Assembly (NCBI GenBank): GCA_022560555.1
Contig: JADFSZ010000091.1
Coordinates: forward strand, 1 to 7,063
Source of the DNA: PVC group bacterium
Lineage (GTDB): Bacteria > GCA-001730085 > JADFSZ01
Direction: 5' to 3'
DNA: 7,063 nucleotides
The notes beneath the pieces are model-generated. The model was not told where the DNA came from. It searched no databases and worked only from the letters and a program-made list of their open reading frames with translations. Positions within the stretch are counted from its first letter, which is position 1; the number at the start of each line of letters is the position of its first letter. The translations under genes were made by a program, and so were the position numbers. This document shows, one piece after another, positions 1 to 6,116 of this stretch.

Positions 1-30
1 GGCTCTTCTAAATATTAGGCGTTCGAAGGG

Positions 31-42
31 CGAAGGCCTTCG
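31..42. other. 12-bp perfect palindrome CGAAGGCCTTCG downstream of uvrB; weak candidate terminator hairpin
   Basis: cgaaggccttcg at 31..42 is self-complementary and is preceded by a partial direct copy, cgaaggg, at 24..30. No U-run follows on either strand, so it is not a canonical intrinsic terminator. Confidence 0.25.
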
Positions 43-59
43 GAAATCCAGGCAACCGT

Positions 60-94
60 CTGTGGACTGTCGACTGTCTTCTGTTGTCTGTTGC
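60..94. repeat. Five tandem 7-nt units CTGTnnn, bracketed by a 7-bp inverted repeat (50..56 / 90..96), immediately 3' of the uvrB stop
   Basis: CTGT recurs at 60, 67, 74, 81 and 88 with exact 7-nt spacing: ctgtgga/ctgtcga/ctgtctt/ctgttgt/ctgttgc. aggcaac (50..56) is the reverse complement of gttgcct (90..96). The uvrB stop codon is at 97..99. Confidence 0.5.
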
Positions 95-96
95 CT

Positions 97-2103
97 TTAC
101 GCTCCCATCAACAATGACTGCATTTTACGAATTTCATCTCTAATGTCAGCCGCTTCTTCAAAATCTAACTTTCGCGCGGCCGCTTTCATGGCTTCTTCCA
201 TCTCGATAATTTCGCTGGCTAATTCCTCTTGGTTCAAACCTTGAGTCATCAGATCGTGTTTTCTGCTTTTCCGCTTTTTTCCCTTTTTGCTTTTTTGAAC
301 AAGGTCCTCGATCCCCATTAAATCACGAATCTCATTCACAACGGTGCGAGGTGTAATCCCCATTTTTTGATTGTAGGCAAATTGTACTTTTCTTCGTCGC
401 TCCGTTTCCTGGACAGCCTGTTGAATGGATTTCGTAAAACGATCAGCGTACAAAATCACTTGGCCATGAATATTTCTGGCCGCACGACCCATGGTTTGAA
501 TGAGAGCACGCTCATTTCTCAAGAACCCTTCCTTGTCAGCGTCAAGAATGGCAACAAGGGATACTTCCGGCAAATCCAAACCCTCACGCAGCAGGTTCAC
601 ACCGACAAGACAGTCGTATTTCCCTTTTCGAAGATCCCTTAAAATCATCGAGCGCTCAAGCGTTTTTACCTCCGAATGAAGGTATTGACTCCGGATTTTT
701 ATTTCACGAAGATACTCATCCAAATCCTCTGCCATTCGCTTGGTGAGTGTTGTAACCAGCGTTCGTTCTTTTCTCTCGGCACGAATTCGGATTTCTTCGA
801 TAACATCATCAACCTGATTTTTAAGCGGACGAACGCTCACGCTGGGATCAAGCAAGCCTGTCGGCCGGATCACTTGTTGGACAATATTTTGACTTTCTTT
901 CATTTCATACGGACCGGGAGTTGCTGAAATACACACAAGCTGGTTAATTTTTTTTTCAAACTCTTCGAATTTCAGAGGCCGATTATCTTTCGCGGACGGC
1001 AGCCGGAACCCGTGCTCAATAAGCACTTTTTTTCGCGCTTGATCTCCTTCATACATCCCTCTTAATTGAGGAAACGTGGCGTGAGATTCATCGATAAAGA
1101 TGAGAAAATTCTTAGGAAAATAGTCAATAAGAACACTTGGGGCTTCTCCCGCGGCTCTCCCGCTCATATGCCGGGAATAATTCTCAATTCCCTTGCAGTA
1201 CCCGATCGCGTCCATCATCTCAAGATCATACTCTGTTCGTTTTCTCAATCGCTCAGCTTCAACAATCATGTTTTGGCTTTCAAAATACTTCAATTGACCG
1301 GCAAGTTCCCTCTTAATATGCTTCTTGGCCCTTTGCATTTTATCGCGCGGTAAAACATAGTGACTGGCCGGGTTTATGAGGATCTCATTTTCTTTACGAA
1401 CGACTTTTCCCGAGACGGTTTCGATCTCATATAAGCCGTCTATTTCATCTCCAAAAAGTTCAATGCGCACGGCTTTATCACTTTCGTAAGATGGAACCAC
1501 TTCGATCACATCTCCCCTAACACGAAATTTTGTCCGCATTAAATCTGTGTCGTTCCGTTCATAGTACATCCGAACCAGAGCTTCGATGATTTCTTTACGT
1601 GTGATGGATTGACCGGCTTTTAAATGCAGATTCATGCTTTTATAGTCTTCGGGTGCTCCTAATCCGTAGATACATGAGACACTCGCGACAATAATCGTAT
1701 CCGGTCTTGTGAGGACAGATCGTGTGGCACGATGACGCAATTTATCAATTTCTTCGTTTACGGACGCGTCTTTTTCAATATAAATATCCCGTTGGGGAAT
1801 GTAAGCTTCCGGCTGATAATAATCATAGTAGCTGACAAAATACTCAACGGAATTTTTAGGGAAAAATCTTTTAAATTCATTGCATAATTGAGCGGCAAGC
1901 GTTTTATTGTGTGTGATCACAAGCACGGGGCGGTTAACTTTTGCAATCAAATTGGCAACAGTAAATGTTTTTCCGGATCCGGTTACTCCTTTTAGGGTCT
2001 GTATGCGCGCGCCCTGTTCAATGCCCTTTGAGAGCTCTTTGATAACTTTGGGCTGATCTCCACAGGGTTGAAAATCCGAGGTGAGTTCAAATTTTTGAGG
2101 CAT
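97..2103 (-). CDS. uvrB: Excinuclease ABC subunit B (UvrB), full length, 668 aa
   Basis: Uninterrupted 668-aa ORF. It carries Walker A GVTGSGKTF, the YYDYYQPEAYIP beta-hairpin region, helicase motifs (FIDESH, QTMGRAARN) and a C-terminal UVR domain (LDFEEAADIRDEIRKMQ). The ATG at 2103 overlaps the upstream thioesterase ORF by 17 nt. Confidence 0.97.
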   Translation of the reverse strand: MPQKFELTSDFQPCGDQPKVIKELSKGIEQGARIQTLKGVTGSGKTFTVANLIAKVNRPVLVITHNKTLAAQLCNEFKRFFPKNSVEYFVSYYDYYQPEAYIPQRDIYIEKDASVNEEIDKLRHRATRSVLTRPDTIIVASVSCIYGLGAPEDYKSMNLHLKAGQSITRKEIIEALVRMYYERNDTDLMRTKFRVRGDVIEVVPSYESDKAVRIELFGDEIDGLYEIETVSGKVVRKENEILINPASHYVLPRDKMQRAKKHIKRELAGQLKYFESQNMIVEAERLRKRTEYDLEMMDAIGYCKGIENYSRHMSGRAAGEAPSVLIDYFPKNFLIFIDESHATFPQLRGMYEGDQARKKVLIEHGFRLPSAKDNRPLKFEEFEKKINQLVCISATPGPYEMKESQNIVQQVIRPTGLLDPSVSVRPLKNQVDDVIEEIRIRAERKERTLVTTLTKRMAEDLDEYLREIKIRSQYLHSEVKTLERSMILRDLRKGKYDCLVGVNLLREGLDLPEVSLVAILDADKEGFLRNERALIQTMGRAARNIHGQVILYADRFTKSIQQAVQETERRRKVQFAYNQKMGITPRTVVNEIRDLMGIEDLVQKSKKGKKRKSRKHDLMTQGLNQEELASEIIEMEEAMKAAARKLDFEEAADIRDEIRKMQSLLMGA

Positions 2104-2521
2104 GGAGAATCTCGGTCAATTCTTGAGGCATGCGGGTCGGTTTTCCCTCTCTGTCGCAAAAACAGTGCGCTGTCCATCCTTCGGCAATGATCGCTTTATC
2201 GCCATTCTTAGATAATTTATAAGCAAATTTTAGTGAGCTTTTACCAACATGCGTTATGCTTGAAGAAACATGAATAATGTCATCATAACAGGCGGCCTTC
2301 CGGTATTTGCAATAGACCTCAAGCACAGGAAGAAACTCTCCCTTATGTTCGAGGTCCTTATAATTCACACCTAAAGAGCGGATATGTTCCGTTCGCGCCA
2401 TTTCAAACCAGGTCATGTAATTCCCATAATACACAAACCCCATTTGATCCGTATCTTTGTATGTTACACGAATTTTAAGAGTAGTTTCACTCATGTTTCG
2501 ATTTTTTTTCATCCCTCTCAA
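2087..2521 (-). CDS. YbgC/4HBT-family acyl-CoA thioesterase (hotdog fold)
   Basis: The motif VTYKDTDQMGFVYYGNYMTWFEMARTEHIRSLG is typical of YbgC-like thioesterases and includes the catalytic Asp in DTD. The start is ambiguous: TTG at 2521, ATG at 2512 or ATG at 2494. ATG 2494 (MSETTLKIRV...) best fits family N-termini and overlaps the nnrE stop as ATGAGTGA. Confidence 0.88.
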   Translation of the reverse strand: MRGMKKNRNMSETTLKIRVTYKDTDQMGFVYYGNYMTWFEMARTEHIRSLGVNYKDLEHKGEFLPVLEVYCKYRKAACYDDIIHVSSSITHVGKSSLKFAYKLSKNGDKAIIAEGWTAHCFCDREGKPTRMPQELTEILHASKI

Positions 2522-3197
2522 TTACCCGGCGAACGACCTGAGAAGGAAACCCGATATCAGCCACGATCAGATTCCCAACATAGGGCACGGCAGGCACCTC
2601 CAGTAAATGATTTTTGGCTAATCCGAAGGTTATAGTCTCTTTGGCTTGAATGCATGGGGTGCAAATTTGCTTGTTTTTTACACAAAGTCCTGAAGGAATA
2701 TCAACGGACAAAATGGGGATTCCCGATTGATTCATGGTGTTAATAATGTTTTGAAAGGAACCGTCAAGATCACCCCGGAATCCGGTGCCAAAAATCGCAT
2801 CGATAATAAGGTGTGATTCTTTAAACATTTCTTGGGAATCTTGATTAGGCCAATTCGTGACGGATATATGCAGCGCTTCGAGAATGCGGTAATTGACGAG
2901 GGAGTCTCCGTGGAATTGATCTTTTGATGACAGAATGCATACAGTGACGTCACCGCCCAAGTGATTCAGCCACCGCGCGGCTACAAATCCGTCTCCGGCA
3001 TTATTCCCTTTACCGCATACAATGACAAATTTCTTTTTCTGACGAGATCCAGCAAGTATCCAAGCCCGTTCGGCAACAGATTTACCAGCGTGTTCCATCA
3101 GAACAAGACCGGGAATACCAATGATCTGAATGGTCACCCGGTCAATCTCTCTCATCGTTTCATTCGATACGGCTATCACGTGACTTGATTCATCCAT
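2487..3197 (-). CDS. nnrE: NAD(P)H-hydrate epimerase (YjeF N-terminal domain only)
   Basis: 236-aa ORF with the YjeF_N hallmarks LMEHAGKSV, CGKGNNAGDG, IIDAIFGTGFRG and SVDIPSG. No C-terminal carbohydrate-kinase-like dehydratase domain is attached. No SD-like sequence precedes the ATG at 3197. Confidence 0.9.
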   Translation of the reverse strand: MDESSHVIAVSNETMREIDRVTIQIIGIPGLVLMEHAGKSVAERAWILAGSRQKKKFVIVCGKGNNAGDGFVAARWLNHLGGDVTVCILSSKDQFHGDSLVNYRILEALHISVTNWPNQDSQEMFKESHLIIDAIFGTGFRGDLDGSFQNIINTMNQSGIPILSVDIPSGLCVKNKQICTPCIQAKETITFGLAKNHLLEVPAVPYVGNLIVADIGFPSQVVRRVIERDEKKSKHE

Positions 3198-3215
3198 GAA
3201 TTGAATTTATTGATG

Positions 3216-3639
3216 GGGATCAAACGAGCAGATCTATAAGCCGAGTTCTGTTATCGATGGCTATTTATCTTGTCCCGATGTTACCATCGGGATCCAGCGA
3301 CCTACCCGAAAGGATATAAGCGGGCCGCTTCCCTTCGTATTTGGTCTTGCTCCGGATGGGGTTTACCCGGCCATGATGTCACCACCATGCCGGTGCGCTC
3401 TTACCGCACCTTTTCACCCTTACCCCGAACCTCTCACAAAGCTCAGGTCATACCTACATTATGAGAGACTTGTCTTTGTGCCTGAGTGTTGTGAGAGTTT
3501 CGGGGCGGTATCGTTTCTGTGGCACTTTCCTTCTCGTTACCGAGACTGGACGTTATCCAGCATCCTGCCCTATGGAGCTCGGACTTTCCTCTATGCCGAA
3601 TATTCGGCACAGCAACCATCCGATCTGCTTTTTGATCCC
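3216..3639 (-). ncRNA. rnpB: RNase P RNA, bacterial type A (M1 RNA homologue), about 424 nt
   Basis: The minus strand contains the universally conserved blocks GAGGAAAGTCCGAGCTCCATAGGGCAGG (P4 5' strand), AGTGCCACAGAAACGATACCGCC, GGTAAGGGTGAAAAGGTGCGGTAAGAGCGCACC (P13/P14, type A), GGTAAACCCCATCCGGAGCAAGACCAAATA and ACAGAACTCGGCTTAT (P4 3' strand). All are near-identical to E. coli M1 RNA. The terminal P1 helix pairs 5' GGGAUCAAA-A-AGCAGAUC (3639..3622) with GAUCUGCU-CG-UUUGAUCCC (3241..3216). There is a long P12 stem (ccccgaaactctcacaa.../...ttgtgagaggttcgggg). Local GC is higher than in the flanks. End coordinates are good to about 5 nt. Confidence 0.95.
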
Positions 3640-3653
3640 ATCAGATATGATTA

Positions 3654-4070
3654 TTAATTTTTGAATTCTAATACTTCTTCTAACGCTTCGTTGGCCAGAC
3701 GATCCGCCTCTTTGTTCTCGCTTCTCCTGACGTGGCGAAGGCTAAACTCAGGGAAATGAGTCACAAGGTTTTTTGCGATTTCAAAAAGAGGCTTTAATTT
3801 ATCATCACTGACTTTATATTGACCTAACAATTGTTTAACCACCAGTTCACTGTCAACATAGGCTTCAACACGTTTGGCTCTCAGGCCCAGAGCTTCCTGC
3901 AGGCCTAAAATCAACGCAGTATATTCCGCAACATTGTTGGTTGTTATACCAATAAATTTCTTTATTTCTTTTATAAGTTCATCCGGAGGCACGAGTATCC
4001 TGATACCCACCGCCGCGTACCCGGGATTTCCCCGTGATGCTCCGTCCGTATACACTCGTAAATGGTTCAT
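3654..4070 (-). CDS. Ribonuclease HI family protein (archaeal/Rv2228c-N-domain type, RVT_3-like), 138 aa
   Basis: DEDD catalytic pattern: VYTDGASRGNPG (Asp), NNVAEYTALI (Glu), YVDSELV (Asp), NKEADRLAN (Asp). The size and the absence of a basic protrusion fit the short archaeal-type RNase HI. The ATG directly abuts the upstream stop (TAAATG at 4073..4068). Confidence 0.85.
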   Translation of the reverse strand: MNHLRVYTDGASRGNPGYAAVGIRILVPPDELIKEIKKFIGITTNNVAEYTALILGLQEALGLRAKRVEAYVDSELVVKQLLGQYKVSDDKLKPLFEIAKNLVTHFPEFSLRHVRRSENKEADRLANEALEEVLEFKN

Positions 4071-4805
4071 TTATGTGGTCTCGCTTATTTTTTCCTTACA
4101 ATAAAGCATGCGGCTGCAATCTGGGCACATTTGAACGCCCAGGCCGGACATCGTTTCATTGATCAGTTGGGGTGAGAGACGCATGTGACATCCACCGCAT
4201 TCTTGACCTTCGATACTTACAATGGCCGTGTCTTTTGTTTTGATCAAAATCTTTTCATACTGATCGAGTGTCTTAGTGTCAACGGCCTTGAGATGCTCTT
4301 CACGCTTAGCCATCCAATCCTTGATTTGGGCATCCAGTTTAGCCACTTCTTCATGGCACTCTTTTTCTTTAGCATTTAAATCATCTTCCTGAGATTTAAG
4401 ATCTTTTTTCTTCTTATCGATACTATTTTCGGAATTTTCAATTTGTTCCATTTTATTTAAAATTTCTTCCTCGAGAAGAGAATTTTTATCTTTAGCGGTA
4501 TTGATTTCATTCTGCAAAGCTTTATAGGACTCATTATCTTTCACTTGGGTGAGTTGCCCTTCGTGTTTTTTTATACCCTCAAGATTCGTGGCGACTTCTT
4601 GTTCCAAGGCATTTTTAGAGACTTGAAGGTCCTTGAATTTTCCCACATATTCATTCAGATCCACCAAAAGGGCCTTCTTTAACACTTGCAGCCGTGTCAC
4701 TTCCCTTGGATATGTATCTCTTTTTGTCCTCAGCTCCAGCATCTTTAAGTCCAGTTCGCTCAGAGACAAGAGAGCTATTATGGTGTCTTTCATAGAACCT
4801 TCCAC
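4071..4805 (-). CDS. COG1579-type coiled-coil / C4 zinc-ribbon protein (HP0958/FlgZ-like, putative nucleic-acid binding)
   Basis: A long, heptad-rich, K/E/L/Q-dominated region of about 190 aa is followed by a CxxC...CxxC ribbon (CGGCHMRL ... CPDCSRML, 4116..4199). The ORF-track start is GTG 4805. ATG 4793 (MKDTII...) is more likely, since it is preceded by GGTGGAAGG as an SD. Confidence 0.85.
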   Translation of the reverse strand: MEGSMKDTIIALLSLSELDLKMLELRTKRDTYPREVTRLQVLKKALLVDLNEYVGKFKDLQVSKNALEQEVATNLEGIKKHEGQLTQVKDNESYKALQNEINTAKDKNSLLEEEILNKMEQIENSENSIDKKKKDLKSQEDDLNAKEKECHEEVAKLDAQIKDWMAKREEHLKAVDTKTLDQYEKILIKTKDTAIVSIEGQECGGCHMRLSPQLINETMSGLGVQMCPDCSRMLYCKEKISETT

Positions 4806-4831
4806 CTAGCAGGGATTTTAATCATTTATAA

Positions 4832-4848
4832 TGTGTCTTAGAGACACA
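4832..4848. promoter_or_regulatory. Perfect inverted repeat TGTGTCT-N3-AGACACA at about +3 to +19 of the predicted transcript (operator or 5' stem-loop)
   Basis: tgtgtct (4832..4838) and agacaca (4842..4848) are exact reverse complements with a 3-nt spacer. The element lies 9 nt downstream of the -10 hexamer on the minus strand. Confidence 0.4.
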
Positions 4849-4856
4849 GGGGTGAG

Positions 4857-4885
4857 AGTATAGCATCAGCTATGGGGAAAGTCAA
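4857..4885 (-). promoter_or_regulatory. Sigma70-type promoter with extended -10, driving the zinc-ribbon / RNase HI / rnpB unit
   Basis: The minus strand reads TTGACT (4885..4880), a 17-nt spacer ending in TGc, then TATACT (4862..4857). That is 5/6 at -35, 5/6 at -10, optimal spacing and a TGn extended -10. It sits in the only sizeable intergenic gap (4806..4946), about 57 nt upstream of ATG 4793. Confidence 0.6.
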
Positions 4886-4946
4886 ACAGTGTAAAGCTCC
4901 TAAAAATGAAGGACTTAGTGCGGTAAAGAACCCTTTGAAGGGGGCA

Positions 4947-6104
4947 TCAGGATTTCGCCCTCTTTTTAATTTTTGTGAAGGCGATGGCCACTTCAACCTT
5001 GTCTTTGGACATAACCCGGCTCTTTCGAACCACACGCCCAATGGCACTCACCAGAGATTTCTTTTCAAACGAATCGATATTCAACTCCACATCACGGCCA
5101 AAAGGAGGTTCTTTGGTACTTTCGAACAAAACACCATGAGAGCATATGTTTTTTACGATTCCGAACATTTCAATCGTTTCGCCTCCCTGGGAGTAAGAGT
5201 ACAAAATAGGGACCTCGAGATTTCTTCTTGTAGATTCTCTTTTTTCAACAAGATATTGGCGGATTTGATTTTTTCCGCCTCTTTTAGCGACATAGAGGGC
5301 CATATCAGATCGTTTAATCAGTTCTTTGGCGGCAATACCATCTTCGGGAAATGTTGCAACACCTCCGCTGACGGTTAACCCTGTTTGATTCGAAAAAAGC
5401 ATTAACTGACTTCGGCAAAAACGTTCGATTTTGTCTTTGAGACGCTTTCCGAGCTCAATGGCGGCTGATTTTTGAGTTTCGCGCATGACCATAACAAACT
5501 CTTCGCCCGCATAACGCATAATCATATCTTTACCTCTCACGTTCATACGTAACACGCTGCCGATCTTCTTTAACGCGTTATCCCCCTCTTGATGTCCAAA
5601 TGTGTCATTATACTTCTTAAAATTATCCACATCAAAAAAGAGGAGGCTGAGGTTCGTATTATGTTTATGCGCTTCCTGAATTTGTTTCTCAAGATAAATA
5701 TCTAAATAGCGTCGATTAAACAATCCGGTCAGAGGATCTTTAAAAGCGGATTCGAGAACACTCACAAAAACATCCTGTTCAATCACTTTCGGATTTTTGA
5801 TAAGCTTCGTGATATTGAGAAAGTAATCAAAGATGGCCACACGCAGTCCGACATCACGCATAAGGCTTTCCGACATATCTCTTTTGTGTTCTAAAATATT
5901 TTCCCAATGAAGCAGAGCTTCCTCACCGGGCAAATCAATATTCACTAAAAAGCGAAAAATATCTTTAAGATCACATCCTCGCGAAAGGCTCGGTTGATTT
6001 TTAAGCCGGTTGACCAGCTCTTCACATTCTTTGGATGGGTTTTCATGGAGCATGCGTATGAGATCTTTACGACTATGAACTGCATCAATGCCGACGATAT
6101 CCAT
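4947..6104 (-). CDS. Diguanylate cyclase (GGDEF domain with AGEEF variant and intact RxxD I-site) fused to a C-terminal PilZ domain; unassigned helical N-terminal domain of about 120 aa
   Basis: The GGDEF domain spans about aa 122-282 (DPLTGLFNRR, FFDVDNFKKYNDTFGHQEGD, RGKD-MIMRY-AGEEF, SGGVA, ADMALY-like SDMALYVAKRGGKN). AGEEF is encoded at 5496..5510 (gcg ggc gaa gag ttt) and RGKD at 5526..5537. The PilZ domain spans about aa 288-378 (4971..5243), with KRESTRR (RxxxR) and, 26 aa later, NICSHG in place of (D/N)xSxxG. A strong SD, AAGGAG, lies 6 nt upstream of the ATG. Confidence 0.9.
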   Translation of the reverse strand: MDIVGIDAVHSRKDLIRMLHENPSKECEELVNRLKNQPSLSRGCDLKDIFRFLVNIDLPGEEALLHWENILEHKRDMSESLMRDVGLRVAIFDYFLNITKLIKNPKVIEQDVFVSVLESAFKDPLTGLFNRRYLDIYLEKQIQEAHKHNTNLSLLFFDVDNFKKYNDTFGHQEGDNALKKIGSVLRMNVRGKDMIMRYAGEEFVMVMRETQKSAAIELGKRLKDKIERFCRSQLMLFSNQTGLTVSGGVATFPEDGIAAKELIKRSDMALYVAKRGGKNQIRQYLVEKRESTRRNLEVPILYSYSQGGETIEMFGIVKNICSHGVLFESTKEPPFGRDVELNIDSFEKKSLVSAIGRVVRKSRVMSKDKVEVAIAFTKIKKRAKS

Positions 6105-6110
6105 ACCGGT

Positions 6111-6116
6111 CTCCTT
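6111..6116 (-). promoter_or_regulatory. Shine-Dalgarno AAGGAG for the GGDEF-PilZ gene
   Basis: The minus strand reads TAA ggcctaga AAGGAG accggt ATG. The flhG stop is at 6125..6127 and the ATG at 6104..6102. Confidence 0.8.

Noticed and set aside
948-956. A9 run on the coding strand inside uvrB (gaa aaa aaa att, FEKKIN), considered as a possible phase-variation or mutator switch
   Set aside because: It simply encodes Lys-Lys in an AT-leaning genome, in a conserved in-frame context. There is no evidence of heterogeneity, and similar A/T runs occur elsewhere in the gene (for example the KKGKKRK linker at about 270..300).
62-1353. Plus-strand ORFs 62..244, 367..642, 676..927 and 1066..1353
   Set aside because: All are antisense shadows within uvrB, with no independent signals.
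3270-3664. Three overlapping plus-strand ORFs (3270..3464, 3373..3657, 3461..3664; 64-94 aa)
   Set aside because: They lie entirely inside, and antisense to, the confidently identified RNase P RNA gene. The peptides are Pro/Ser/Arg/Cys-rich, with no recognisable motifs and no SD.
3641-3700. Possible dedicated rnpB promoter inside the 3' end of the RNase HI gene (AATAAT-like hexamer; TTAGAA-18-TATCTG)
   Set aside because: Only partial matches were found. AATAAT has no acceptable -35 at 16-18 nt, and TATCTG sits too close (2-3 nt) to the mature 5' end. It cannot be excluded without transcript mapping, so it is not reported as a feature.
1992-4379. Small ORFs 1992..2177(-), 2384..2635(+), 2732..2953(-), 2961..3188(+), 3874..4104(+), 4185..4379(+); also 6605..6787(+)
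   Set aside because: Each is an alternative-frame or antisense overlap of a well-supported gene, with low-complexity or implausible peptide composition.
4931-4942. Small hairpin ccct-ttga-aggg followed by ttcttt on the minus strand, after the GGDEF-PilZ stop, considered as an intrinsic terminator
   Set aside because: A stem of only 4 bp and an interrupted U-tract are too weak to call. Read-through from the flhG operon remains possible.
4838-5047. 69-aa minus-strand ORF spanning the PilZ C-terminus and the intergenic region
   Set aside because: It is out of frame with the PilZ coding sequence it overlaps, and it runs through the predicted promoter and palindrome. It has no SD and no motif support.
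4872-5378. 168-aa plus-strand ORF antisense to the PilZ and GGDEF-end region
   Set aside because: It overlaps a strongly supported minus-strand gene with clear domain motifs. It has no recognisable family features, its start sits inside the predicted minus-strand promoter region, and its composition is typical of a shadow ORF.
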